From the IMG/VR virus record IMGVR_UViG_3300032135_000003, positions 66,948-130,947 of that record: DNA of 64,000 nt; one strand, 5' to 3'. The position numbers and the translations under genes are program-made. This document shows positions 40,445 through 49,882 of this stretch, piece after piece. The notes under the pieces are model-generated. The model was not told where the DNA came from. It was given only the letters and a program-made list of their open reading frames with translations, and searched no databases. The stretch comes from a virus. Its lineage: Duplodnaviria > Caudoviricetes. Positions within the stretch are counted from its first letter, which is position 1. Each line of letters opens with the position of its first letter.

Positions 40445-40476
40445 CAAATATAATGTTAATACTATTGTATGCCAAA
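40445..40476 (-). promoter_or_regulatory. Bacteroidota promoter TTTG-N20-TATATTTG
   Basis: Plus-strand CAAATATA at 40445-40452 and CAAA at 40473-40476. Confidence 0.75.
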
Positions 40477-40484
40477 AAAGTAGG

Positions 40485-40745
40485 TTATTCCTTGATAGAA
40501 GAAGCGTCCCATATCTCCATTCTATAACTTTCTGTAGGAGCTTGTGAAACCCCATCTAACAGAGAATTCTCTTCCACTACAATCTCAATCTCTACTTCAT
40601 TAGGTTCACCACTTTCTTCAAGCTCTTTTAAAGACTGTCTGTGTTGTGCCCATCTCTCTTCTCTTTCCTCAGGAGACATATACTCCATTTCAAAATCCCC
40701 AATAGAGACTTTAGGCACTTTTAATTTATAGCTTTTTATACTCAT
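40485..40745 (-). CDS. Hypothetical protein
   Basis: ORF in the tightly packed early operon. Confidence 0.6.
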   Translation of the reverse strand: MSIKSYKLKVPKVSIGDFEMEYMSPEEREERWAQHRQSLKELEESGEPNEVEIEIVVEENSLLDGVSQAPTESYRMEIWDASSIKE

Positions 40746-40746
40746 T

Positions 40747-41040
40747 TTACCTTTGTTTTAACATTTCATCAGCCATTTTATGAGATAATTCTATTACTCT
40801 TTCACAGCTTCTAATGTATTTATCTCCTTTATACCCTGACATCCAATCAGGATTAGAAAGTAGTCCTTGCATTGCCTTAGCTGCAAACTTATCTCTCATG
40901 GTTAATTTGTCTACTTGAGTTATTCTTGGTCTACTTTCTACAAAGGACTTAACCATTTCAAACACTCTAATTTCGTTTGCACCACTCTCAAATATATGAG
41001 AGATTTCCATTTGTAATTGTTCTGCTTCTATTTCATTCAT
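40747..41040 (-). CDS. Phage hypothetical protein (RDxFAAKAMQG family)
   Basis: LTMRDKFAAKAMQGLLSN...ADEML motif is common in small phage proteins. Confidence 0.65.
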   Translation of the reverse strand: MNEIEAEQLQMEISHIFESGANEIRVFEMVKSFVESRPRITQVDKLTMRDKFAAKAMQGLLSNPDWMSGYKGDKYIRSCERVIELSHKMADEMLKQR

Positions 41041-41270
41041 AATTTTTCATTTTAATTTAAAGGTTAACATTATTAATTTTAAAACTGTCAAATTTTTCTT
41101 CTCCAATATCCATCCATTCCATTATTTTTTGTTTGGTAATATTTTCTAAATCTTGTTCTGTTATAGTTACTTCTCTATAAGCATAGTTTTTATTTTCCCA
41201 TATTTCTACTTCAATAGTCATAATTATAATTTTAGTTTATTAAGTCGGCACTAATCATATTTGTAGTAAG

Positions 41271-41516
41271 TTAAAAGCAAGTAGTCCCACAAGTATATAT
41301 TCTAAGAATTGGATAACAATTTACGTCAATCGGTGGACTTGGAGCATCTAATATTTCTGGGTCTGAACTACTACCACTTATACGAATATAACAGTTGAAA
41401 TTATCTCTATTATCTTTGTGTACTGTTCCTATTTTAATTGCTAAATCAATTAAATCTCTTTTCCATAAAAATTGTCTTTCTGTTTTAATATTTATTCTAT
41501 CCAATTCTATTTCCAT
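41271..41516 (-). CDS. Hypothetical protein
   Basis: ORF with AT-rich upstream region. Confidence 0.5.
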   Translation of the reverse strand: MEIELDRINIKTERQFLWKRDLIDLAIKIGTVHKDNRDNFNCYIRISGSSSDPEILDAPSPPIDVNCYPILRIYTCGTTCF

Positions 41517-41565
41517 TTTGTTTAATTTAATATTTATTACTTTAATTTATTTTATAACAACTTAA

Positions 41566-42042
41566 TTAAGAACAAAATCCTAATTGTTTTAGTGCTGCAT
41601 TGGTTAATTTTAAATTAAAATCTTCAAGATGCTCAACAGTAAAACCTTCCTTATAATCAAAGACGCTGCAAATATAACTTATGTCATTTTTAGCAATTGA
41701 TTCAAAAGTCACTCTGATTTCTTTTTCATCTGATTCAGCTTTGAGTATTCCTTTAAATAATACTTTTTGTTCAGCTTTTCTTAATTCACGCTTCAAATCT
41801 TTACAATCATTATAATCTTCCTCTCCACAAGTACAAGATTCATTTTTTAAACAATTTACGTCTAAATGTTCTAAAGCGTTACCTTCCTCATCACAAGGCA
41901 AAAACATTTCTAGTTTTAAAGGTTGTTTTAGGAAGTCTGAATATTTCTTTGTCCGACTGACATATTCATCTTGTGATATTTTTGAATTATAAAGAAGTTT
42001 AAACTGCTCTAAAACAAAGTTTGTCATTGGTATTAGCTTCAT
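41566..42042 (-). CDS. Hypothetical protein (flavobacterial phage type)
   Basis: MKLIPMTNFVL...FLKQPLKLEMFLPCDEEGN. Confidence 0.65.
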   Translation of the reverse strand: MKLIPMTNFVLEQFKLLYNSKISQDEYVSRTKKYSDFLKQPLKLEMFLPCDEEGNALEHLDVNCLKNESCTCGEEDYNDCKDLKRELRKAEQKVLFKGILKAESDEKEIRVTFESIAKNDISYICSVFDYKEGFTVEHLEDFNLKLTNAALKQLGFCS

Positions 42043-42410
42043 AATTTATCTTCTATTTTATGTGAAAAATGTTTTTTGGTAAATTTTGAATTATTTTTCA
42101 TAGCTATTTTAGCCCATATTAATTCATTATCCCAGTCAAACCTGTGAGCAAAATAATCTGATACAAGCATAGGTAGTACCCACTTAGTATTTTTTGCTTC
42201 AAATTTAGTATGGCTGCATATTTTATATATAAGATCATTTACAAACTGTTTATCAACTTTATTCTCATCAAAATTGTCATACCCTTCTGCGGCTGGAAAT
42301 GCACAAGTTAAGTAACCATTACTGTCCTCAGCTTTTGTTACAAATAAAAAAATATTTTCACGGTATCTCTCCCAGCCTAATTTCCCCACTATTTTATCAA
42401 ACTTTGTCAT
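42039..42410 (-). CDS. Hypothetical protein
   Basis: ATGA-type overlaps with neighbours. Confidence 0.6.
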   Translation of the reverse strand: MTKFDKIVGKLGWERYRENIFLFVTKAEDSNGYLTCAFPAAEGYDNFDENKVDKQFVNDLIYKICSHTKFEAKNTKWVLPMLVSDYFAHRFDWDNELIWAKIAMKNNSKFTKKHFSHKIEDKL

Positions 42411-42793
42411 AATTTCTTTTCTAAATCATTAATAGCATTTATAACTCCTAATTCTAAAGCTCTGGTTCTATTGGTTACTCCACTATTTGAATAAAGTGGT
42501 TTTTGATGAGTATTACCGTGTGCATTCACATGGACTACGGTTATAAATTTAAATTCTCCCCGTAAAGGAAGCCCAATAAAATATCCTTGATGTTCTAACC
42601 AGTCTAATATATTTCCATAGTGAAAGTGAAAGTACATCTCAGAATTGTCAGTTGAGGGTGTATAGAGATCAATTTCAATTTTCTCAACATCATAATCACA
42701 AAAGTCATCATCTTTTCTGCACCAATTAAGAAACAGTTCTTTTGATTTTTGATTCTCTCCGAAGAGCTCATATATTCCTAAAGTGTTTCTCAT
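42407..42793 (-). CDS. Hypothetical protein
   Basis: Overlapping start/stop coupling. Confidence 0.6.
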   Translation of the reverse strand: MRNTLGIYELFGENQKSKELFLNWCRKDDDFCDYDVEKIEIDLYTPSTDNSEMYFHFHYGNILDWLEHQGYFIGLPLRGEFKFITVVHVNAHGNTHQKPLYSNSGVTNRTRALELGVINAINDLEKKL

Positions 42794-43083
42794 TAGTCAA
42801 GCGTATCCCAATCGGTTAAAACAAATTCTAAGCTTAAATCTACTTTACCATTTTCATAGTAAGACCTAACTTTTAATCCCCCACTATGAATACCCCAATC
42901 TTCTTTATGCTCTAAAGAGTAATCATAACTATCTTCTAACTTCTTTTTTGAAGACACAACCAACTGATAAATACTAGGAACACCTTTGTAAAGCCAAGTC
43001 CAATCTAAGAAAGTCATTGTTTTAAAAACTCTATCAAAGTCAAAGTTATTTAGAATTTCCTCTATTTTTTCATCTTTACTCAT
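42793..43083 (-). CDS. Hypothetical protein
   Basis: IEEILNNFDFDRV..TM..LDWTW pattern. Confidence 0.65.
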   Translation of the reverse strand: MSKDEKIEEILNNFDFDRVFKTMTFLDWTWLYKGVPSIYQLVVSSKKKLEDSYDYSLEHKEDWGIHSGGLKVRSYYENGKVDLSLEFVLTDWDTLD

Positions 43084-43154
43084 TTTTTACTATTTTAAAT
43101 TCACACTTACTACAGAGTAGTTTGTATTTAGGTTTGTATTCTTTTTTTAAAAAA

Positions 43155-44138
43155 TCACTTAGTTTCATAGTTGTCTTTATTTTTTAACCAATTTTTCAAA
43201 CCTTCTGGATCAAATTTATTATTTCTTTTAACGTATTGATTGTAATAACGTGGTAGTAGTTGAAGATTACTCCAATGATTTAGCTTGTACAGCTCCTCTT
43301 CACTCCCACAAGAATTCAAAGGTTTAATATGGTCAAGGTCTATACCCTCACCATCAACTTTGAACCCATAAGGATTATCTTCCAAATGGTGAAGTAATTC
43401 AATCCAACTTGTGCCTAGTATTTTTAAGATATGAGGTCTTTTCCCTTCGCATCCAAGTTGAGACCTATAAAATATCAATCTCCTTGTTAAATTATAACTT
43501 GTCTTTTTAAGTCTTATAGGTATAGTTCTGCTATTCTCATTAGCTTTTATTTGTCCACATTTATTACAGTCGTGTAGTAAATGTTTAGAAGGTTTTTGTT
43601 CAAACTCTCCATGGACAGGACAAATTATCTTAATCTTTAGATTAGTATTAATATATACTACATTATCATAGTTAAATTTATCCCCATGTCTCAGACGGGC
43701 TTTTTTAATAAAATCCTATTTAGAATGAGTTTGTTTTAGAGTAGAATTGATGCTACCACAATCAGGACATCCATTACCATTAAGGTGAGAGGAAGGTGTT
43801 TGATTAAAATTCCCATGTAAAGGACAGGATATTGAAACTTTAGTGCTGTTATTTTCATAAGTCACATTACCATAACTGTAAATATTATTGTGTAACTTAT
43901 TTGCTTTAATAACAAAATCGGCAGTATTAGATTTTCTATTTTTAATAGAAGATGCCTTACCACAGTCAGGGCAACCTTGACCACCTAAATGTTTGTTAGG
44001 GGTCTGATTAAACTCCCCATGCTCCTTACAGATAATAGTAACTTTTTTCTTAGCTCCAACATATTCTACTTTGTCATAATTATACCTATCAGCATGTATT
44101 TTAACAACTTTAGATATAAAATTTACTGTTTTATCCAT
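43155..44138 (-). pseudogene. HNH homing endonuclease with three Zn-ribbon (CxxHG...CxxC) repeats, interrupted by one in-frame TAG at 43716-43718
   Basis: Reading through the TAG gives THSK*DFIKKARLRHGDKFNYDNVVY...ICPVHGEFEQKP...CNKC, continuing in frame into DLDHIKPL...HWSNLQLL...YN (HNH); joins track ORFs 43716-44138 and 43155-43478. Confidence 0.85.
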
Positions 44139-45051
44139 TTTTACAATCTTTTAAAAACAAGGGGGAACTCATACCAGTCTTTCTCATGTCCATAGCAGAT
44201 TTAATGTAACCCCTTGTATTTTTACTTAAATAGACACTATTTGATATACACTCTATGATATGTTCTTCTGCTTCTAACTCTGAAATATAATTTGCAGCGC
44301 AATATCCCCATAACATAAGAGAGTAGGATAATACTTGAGGATGCCCGTTGTCCTCTATCCTTCCTATACCATTAGAATATATTCTGAGTACTGTTTGTCT
44401 ATCTTCTTCTGAAACGTTCTCTAATGGCTCGAAATCCCCTTCTATTATCCTAAACTCATCTATCTTTAATCCCCTAGTTGTCCAAGTCTCTGGGTTTTCC
44501 CTAAAACGTAGGTTTTCATCCCAGCTAAGAAAATTTGGTAGGACTGGATTTTGAGAACTGGGGTCAAAACCAAGGAATCTTTCCATATAAAAAGCAATAC
44601 CGTAGAAATATTCTTTAAACTCATCAGTAGATTTAACAATCGGGATATGGATTAAAAATTTTACTCCTCTTTTTGATGGAGAAACGTATGCACAAATAAC
44701 TGATTTTAATCTCTCAAAAAGTAAATCTCTAAACTCCTCGGCATTATCTATATGGTCAAAATCTAATACTACAAATCCCGTAAAACCTGTTATATTTTCA
44801 TAACCCCTACCTTTACCATCTAAAGTTACACAAGGAGTAAAATAAAACAGATTGTTTTGCTTTAAAAGCCCTTTCTTCTCTAAATCCCCATCTTTCTCAG
44901 CCTGAGCGATCTGGTTAAAAATAGCTTTAATATTTTCTTTCGGTTTGATATGCGCCTCAATAAACTGCCTTAAAGAAACTGTTCCTAAAGGTACTGAACG
45001 CCATATTTTTCCTTCAAAGTATTGAAATTTTGTATCAAGAATACTACTCAT
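44131..45051 (-). CDS. Primase-like protein (VirE N-terminal/BT4734-like, AEP-type)
   Basis: FTP, VLDFDH, SPSKRGVK and FDPS motifs; near the helicase. Confidence 0.75.
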   Translation of the reverse strand: MSSILDTKFQYFEGKIWRSVPLGTVSLRQFIEAHIKPKENIKAIFNQIAQAEKDGDLEKKGLLKQNNLFYFTPCVTLDGKGRGYENITGFTGFVVLDFDHIDNAEEFRDLLFERLKSVICAYVSPSKRGVKFLIHIPIVKSTDEFKEYFYGIAFYMERFLGFDPSSQNPVLPNFLSWDENLRFRENPETWTTRGLKIDEFRIIEGDFEPLENVSEEDRQTVLRIYSNGIGRIEDNGHPQVLSYSLMLWGYCAANYISELEAEEHIIECISNSVYLSKNTRGYIKSAMDMRKTGMSSPLFLKDCKNG

Positions 45052-45339
45052 TTAAAGTAAGTTATAATCTTTAATAATCTTCTCTATAACTTCTACAGGT
45101 ACACTTTCTATATTATCTAAAAGTGTATTATAAGCATCATTAATTCTAATACTATTATTGGGGTAAAAGTGCCTACTGCTCCTTATAGTGTGCCCCGATA
45201 ATTCTAGAGCTTCAATCAATTCTTCATCATCAAAGTCAACTGCATCCTTATAATAACCCTTATCTTCTGCCCACTCTTGTAATAGTTCTTTAGGAATATC
45301 ATCAATATCTATATCGTGTTCTACTGTAAAATAACTCAT
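45052..45339 (-). CDS. Hypothetical acidic protein
   Basis: ORF abutting the primase start. Confidence 0.6.
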   Translation of the reverse strand: MSYFTVEHDIDIDDIPKELLQEWAEDKGYYKDAVDFDDEELIEALELSGHTIRSSRHFYPNNSIRINDAYNTLLDNIESVPVEVIEKIIKDYNLL

Positions 45340-45489
45340 ATTTTATGTTTTAAATTTTCTAGTTCGTCTATTCTAATACTCAATTCTAAAAGCTTTTCTT
45401 TACTAACCGTCTTTGTAAGTTTTACCCTTGATTCTTGTGAGTACAAGCTCTTAAGGTGATTTAACCTGTCATTAATTATTTTATCCATA

Positions 45490-45900
45490 CTAATATTCTT
45501 CACCTGCATTTAGTTCTATTTTTAAACTTTCTACCTCCTCATCTCTATCCTTTACTTCTGACTTTAAGTCTTCTATTTCTATCTCCAAGTCATTTATAAT
45601 GTCTTCCAAATCTTCCTTTTCGTCAACTACAGTGTTAATTTGACTTTCAGCTTCATTTCTCATATCTTGATTAGTAGTTCTAACATCTTCACAAGCTTCC
45701 TCGCAGCCTGAATAAATTCTGTCAATAAAGTATTCTAAATCTTCTAAAACAATTACTTCGGGGTCTTCTAAACTTTCTTTATAGTTTTCTATAATTCTTT
45801 CAGCAAAATCCTTTAACTCCTCTTTAATATCAAGCCTAAGTGAACTTAAGCATTTATCAATATCCCCACAAGTGAACATGTAGTCAAAACTCATGACCAT
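45490..45900 (-). CDS. Acidic coiled-coil hypothetical protein
   Basis: TC..ID...EDVR..N..MR pattern followed by heptads. Confidence 0.6.
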   Translation of the reverse strand: MVMSFDYMFTCGDIDKCLSSLRLDIKEELKDFAERIIENYKESLEDPEVIVLEDLEYFIDRIYSGCEEACEDVRTTNQDMRNEAESQINTVVDEKEDLEDIINDLEIEIEDLKSEVKDRDEEVESLKIELNAGEEY

Positions 45901-46151
45901 TCGTGATTAGGATCAGCCATAAAAGTCATAGTAGTTCTAAATTCATAACCATATTCATTCCTAAAACTTGGATGTTCATTATAAAAATCTACTACCTGAG
46001 TTTGTACATCTGAGGCTTCTTTAATTAACCAACCACCAAATACTTTTGCTCTGGATAAAAACCCAGCGTTATTTTGCTTAATTGGCTCCCATTCTAATTC
46101 TATCATAATTACTATTTTAAAAAGGTTTTGTTTCATCTTCTTCTGTCTCAT
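45891..46151 (-). CDS. Hypothetical protein (RAKVFGGWL family; start probably downstream of the listed one)
   Basis: RAKVFGGWLI...F..DPNHEW motif. Confidence 0.6.
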   Translation of the reverse strand: MRQKKMKQNLFKIVIMIELEWEPIKQNNAGFLSRAKVFGGWLIKEASDVQTQVVDFYNEHPSFRNEYGYEFRTTMTFMADPNHEWS

Positions 46152-47283
46152 CTATATCGAATGCGGCCTTGGGGTCAAAGTTTGCAGTGATATTAGCGTA
46201 AGGGTCATCAAATACTGGTTTTTCTTTATCAAAGTTGGGGGTAGATGAGAAGTTTGTTGGTTTTGTACCCATATACTTTTCTTGGACTTCCTCCTCTATA
46301 CTAGGATTTATGATTTCGCAGAATAATCTAGGGTCTTCAAAGTCATCAACTAATCTTACTTTTATTACATCAATGTAAACCCTATTTCTTCCTTTTAGTC
46401 TTGCCCAAGAATTATCTAAATTATTACCCTCAACAAAGTGTTCCTCTAAATGCTTGTAGTATTCTTTAGGCACAGAGGCATACTCATCTAAATTAGCTAC
46501 CTGAGGAATTACTAAAGTATAGATAAGGTCGCCAAATTGTTGTATAAAATCCGTATTATAAATAAATCCTGCGTGAGGTCTAAAATTCTTTGGGTTAGGT
46601 TTATTATCATTACTTCCTCTCCAATATGTTTCAAGTGTCCTATTTAACTGAAAATAACCTATGAAGGATATAAAAGGGTATTCAAGTTTCATATCATTAC
46701 AAATGCTTAAAAAAGCATCTATCCTTTTCTTATCTCCTAGTATGTGTAAATGGTCAATAATTACTATTTTATATGTAGTAGGGTTTCTTTCACAAAAAGA
46801 CTTAAGTAGATATACTAAATCTTCCCCCTCTATAATCTTACTTACATTTGTAATTCTTTTATCATCTAATCTATGAACAGTATCTATAACTATAGGTTTT
46901 TCATCCTCTGTGTAAGGTTGGGCTATAATATCTTTCATCCCCTTTTTTAAGGACTTTTTAAGTTCTCTAAGTAGTAATGAACTAGACTGCATCTCCCAGT
47001 TTAACCTTAACACTTCTATATCTAAGGGATTAAGCTTTTTATCTAGTAGATTATCTATGACAATACTAGAATTATAAGTCTTCCCCATAGCAGGACGGCT
47101 ACCACAAAAGACCATTTTATTTTTTAAACCGTCTGGAAGAAAATTATCTATATAAGGTAATCCCGATTTTAAAATATTATTTTTATTCTTTTGCATTTCG
47201 ACAATTTCCCCATGAGCTTTTCTAATCTCACTCTCTCTTTCCTTTGTGTCGAATAAACCATCAATATATTTTTTTGACTGCAT
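46117..47283 (-). CDS. dnaB: DnaB-like (SF4) replicative helicase
   Basis: Walker A GSRPAMGKT, NWEM, Walker B IIDHLH, QLNR motif. Confidence 0.85.
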   Translation of the reverse strand: MQSKKYIDGLFDTKERESEIRKAHGEIVEMQKNKNNILKSGLPYIDNFLPDGLKNKMVFCGSRPAMGKTYNSSIVIDNLLDKKLNPLDIEVLRLNWEMQSSSLLLRELKKSLKKGMKDIIAQPYTEDEKPIVIDTVHRLDDKRITNVSKIIEGEDLVYLLKSFCERNPTTYKIVIIDHLHILGDKKRIDAFLSICNDMKLEYPFISFIGYFQLNRTLETYWRGSNDNKPNPKNFRPHAGFIYNTDFIQQFGDLIYTLVIPQVANLDEYASVPKEYYKHLEEHFVEGNNLDNSWARLKGRNRVYIDVIKVRLVDDFEDPRLFCEIINPSIEEEVQEKYMGTKPTNFSSTPNFDKEKPVFDDPYANITANFDPKAAFDIDETEEDETKPF

Positions 47284-47315
47284 ATATTTTTTCTAAACGT
47301 TTAGTTATGATTGTG

Positions 47316-47489
47316 TTACTCTTGTGTTAAATTTTGTTTAAGTAAGTGCAGCTTACTTATCATTTTATTTAACTCTAGGTCTAATCTATTTCTTTTTGGG
47401 TGATTTAAGGGAAGTATTAAAGCTAAGTCTTTTGCATATTTGAAATGCTCCCAATAACTGTACTCTAGTATTTCTATCTCGTGTGTCAT
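47316..47489 (-). CDS. Small hypothetical protein (57 aa, not in track)
   Basis: MTHEIEILEYSYWEHF...LTQE*, ATGA-coupled to the upstream ORF. Confidence 0.5.
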   Translation of the reverse strand: MTHEIEILEYSYWEHFKYAKDLALILPLNHPKRNRLDLELNKMISKLHLLKQNLTQE

Positions 47490-47995
47490 AATAAATCTAT
47501 TTCTTCAACCCAAGCAGTATTAAAATCTTTCACATCATTTCTTAAATCACACCATTCATCATACTTTTCAAACTCCTCATTAGTAACTGTTCCATTTTCA
47601 AAGAGCTCATAAACTTCATACTCTTTACAATCTAAAGGAAAATCAGGTACTTCTGTACATTTCTTTATTATAAAGTCCTTTTCTTTTTCTGCTTCAATAG
47701 GATTACTATATGCTTTGTGGTTAATTGTTATATAGTCTTCATAATCCCCTGATGAGGAAACTACTAAGTATATTTTATTTTTCATAATTTTCTTTGTATC
47801 CTCTTCTTCCTCTTCATCCTTTGATTCAACAGCTAATATATCTCCAAATGGAATAACGTAGTCAAAGAATGTTTCAAAATTAGCCAAGACACTTTTATCC
47901 CTAACCTCTTTTACAAGACCTCTAGTGTCTTTACCCTCAGGTGGATTTTTAACCCAAATAAAATCTCCTACTTCTAATCCTATGTTATTTTTCAC
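47486..47995 (-). CDS. Hypothetical protein (SH3/KOW-like N-terminus plus a second domain)
   Basis: LEVGDFIWV...GLVKEV; acidic linker then MKNKIYLVV. Confidence 0.55.
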   Translation of the reverse strand: MKNNIGLEVGDFIWVKNPPEGKDTRGLVKEVRDKSVLANFETFFDYVIPFGDILAVESKDEEEEEDTKKIMKNKIYLVVSSSGDYEDYITINHKAYSNPIEAEKEKDFIIKKCTEVPDFPLDCKEYEVYELFENGTVTNEEFEKYDEWCDLRNDVKDFNTAWVEEIDLL

Positions 47996-48137
47996 CTTTT
48001 CTTAATTTATGCCAAAGTTGCTCGTTAATACTATTATTAGACTTCCAATAACTACCATTTTTAAAACTTTTTATTAAAGTTCTCATTTGTACTTCCTCTA
48101 ACTCTTTATGAACTAACCAATCTTCGTATTTAATCAT
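47985..48137 (-). CDS. Small hypothetical protein (50 aa, not in track), probably leaderless
   Basis: MIKYEDWLVHKELEE...GEK*; ATG starts 4 nt from the -7 promoter element. Confidence 0.45.
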   Translation of the reverse strand: MIKYEDWLVHKELEEVQMRTLIKSFKNGSYWKSNNSINEQLWHKLRKGEK

Positions 48138-48140
48138 ATA

Positions 48141-48172
48141 CAAATATAGTTTAATTATTTTGATTTAACAAA
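48141..48172 (-). promoter_or_regulatory. Bacteroidota promoter TTTG-N20-TATATTTG
   Basis: CAAATATA at 48141-48148 and CAAA at 48169-48172. Confidence 0.75.
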
Positions 48173-48186
48173 TATTTAAGATTCTT

Positions 48187-48774
48187 TTATTCTTCAAACT
48201 TTTTATTATCAAACACTTCTCTATACTTTTCATAGTATAGCCATAGTTTACTATCCTCTAGTTTCGGTTTAGTTTGAAAATGATTTTCACCTTTCCAGAA
48301 TACATATTGCATAACCTTAGAATACTCCATACGATCATCATCAGAAACAAAATCCCGTATAAGTATTACCAAGTTATTTTTAGAAATTCCTGATTCTCTT
48401 CTAAACCAACTGATAAGATTTTTACATTTGGTCTCTGAACCTATTTCTTTACCAAGTCCAAGGTACATATTCTTAACCCAGTCAAATACCATTATATCTT
48501 GATCTTCCACTAAGCAGGTGTCTGTAAATTCTGAAAGTAGCTTATCCCCCTTTTTCGATAAACGTATAGTCGAGAAACCACTGTCATTTTTCTTTTTCTT
48601 CTTAATCGAAGTTAGAATATTTTCTTTTTCAAACCTTTCTATAATAGGGTCGCTAAGATAATATGCAAGATACTCTTCCAAGTCTTCTGATCTGTTCTGC
48701 TTTAAAAGCTGCATCACAAATACTTCTTGAAGATTGTATCCTTTTTCTGTTATAAGTGCTAGATTTAAATACAT
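48187..48774 (-). CDS. Hypothetical protein, possible winged-helix DNA-binding/replication protein
   Basis: IRLSKKGDKLL resembles a wHTH wing; near the helicase. Confidence 0.45.
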   Translation of the reverse strand: MYLNLALITEKGYNLQEVFVMQLLKQNRSEDLEEYLAYYLSDPIIERFEKENILTSIKKKKKNDSGFSTIRLSKKGDKLLSEFTDTCLVEDQDIMVFDWVKNMYLGLGKEIGSETKCKNLISWFRRESGISKNNLVILIRDFVSDDDRMEYSKVMQYVFWKGENHFQTKPKLEDSKLWLYYEKYREVFDNKKFEE

Positions 48775-48775
48775 A

Positions 48776-49420
48776 TTAAATATTTATTGTTATAGGAAAG
48801 TTAACTACTCTATAAGACTCATCGACTTGGGATGCATTTATAGATATATGTTTGTTATGTCTTTTAAGCATTCCAAAAGAGTTGTGGACATGTCCTACAA
48901 CGTGTAGTTTCAAATTAGTTAGCTTTCTAATACGCTCAGTTAAAGTAAATTCTCCCACACTTCTCCCGTCTACAAGAGTATCTAAAATGTATAATTCAGG
49001 TGCGTGAGAAATTAAGATATCGGTATCAGAAGGTATTTTAGAAAATAAAGCTTCTAATTCAAACTCATTTCTATTAAAAGCCCAAGAACAAAATTCTTTA
49101 GAATGAGGAGTACCATATATTTTTAAACCCTCTATTTCTACGCTTTCATCTTCAAGGTATATAATACTGGGGTATAGTTTTAATAGAGCTCTAAATTGAA
49201 TTGGAGAGTCTTCTATCCACCTATCGTGATTTCCCGCTATCATAATTTTATATTTATGAGGTTGGAGCGAAAACCAGTTTAAAAAATCTGTTAACTCATA
49301 TTCTGAGTAACCAGAGTTCATACAATCCCCTGCAAAAATAAGCATGTCAGCCTCTTCTAATATTTCAAGTTTTCTGTGGAGCCCGTGGCTATCGCTTATG
49401 CAACTTATCTTCATAATCAT
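48776..49420 (-). CDS. Calcineurin-like metallophosphoesterase
   Basis: ISDSH, AGD, IAGNHD, LISH and GHVH motifs. Confidence 0.9.
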   Translation of the reverse strand: MIMKISCISDSHGLHRKLEILEEADMLIFAGDCMNSGYSEYELTDFLNWFSLQPHKYKIMIAGNHDRWIEDSPIQFRALLKLYPSIIYLEDESVEIEGLKIYGTPHSKEFCSWAFNRNEFELEALFSKIPSDTDILISHAPELYILDTLVDGRSVGEFTLTERIRKLTNLKLHVVGHVHNSFGMLKRHNKHISINASQVDESYRVVNFPITINI

Positions 49421-49653
49421 TTTATTTTAAATTCTTCGGGAAAACGCTCGTCTCCCCACAAATACTTTTTATCTAAACATTCTTTCATTCTATCTAAGAC
49501 CCAAATAAGACCGTCTTTACTTTCAGCAACAACTTCTACACCTCTTTTTGTATAACCCTCAGGCTTTCCTTCCTTATCATAATATACCTCGTGAATACAG
49601 TATTGATAATCATCACCGTCTTCTATAACTAATACTCTATGGTTAAAGCTCAT
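49417..49653 (-). CDS. Hypothetical protein (IHEVYY family)
   Basis: FNHRV...IHEVYYDKEGKP motif. Confidence 0.65.
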   Translation of the reverse strand: MSFNHRVLVIEDGDDYQYCIHEVYYDKEGKPEGYTKRGVEVVAESKDGLIWVLDRMKECLDKKYLWGDERFPEEFKIK

Positions 49654-49655
49654 AA

Positions 49656-49877
49656 TTAATCTATATATCCGATTAAAGTAAGAGTAGTAGGATCACAAAG
49701 TAATTTTGTATTATCACAATGAACCTTTACCTTACCATTTAGTGAACTCTCGCTATTGTAAATAACGCCCTCTAAGCCTGTTTTAGTCTTAACTATCTGC
49801 CCAGCCTTAGGATTACCGTTAATCATCCTATTTAGGTACTCAAATTCCCAACTCAATGATTCTTCTTTACTATTCAT
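49656..49877 (-). CDS. Hypothetical protein
   Basis: Packed ORF. Confidence 0.55.
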   Translation of the reverse strand: MNSKEESLSWEFEYLNRMINGNPKAGQIVKTKTGLEGVIYNSESSLNGKVKVHCDNTKLLCDPTTLTLIGYID

Positions 49878-49882
49878 TATCT

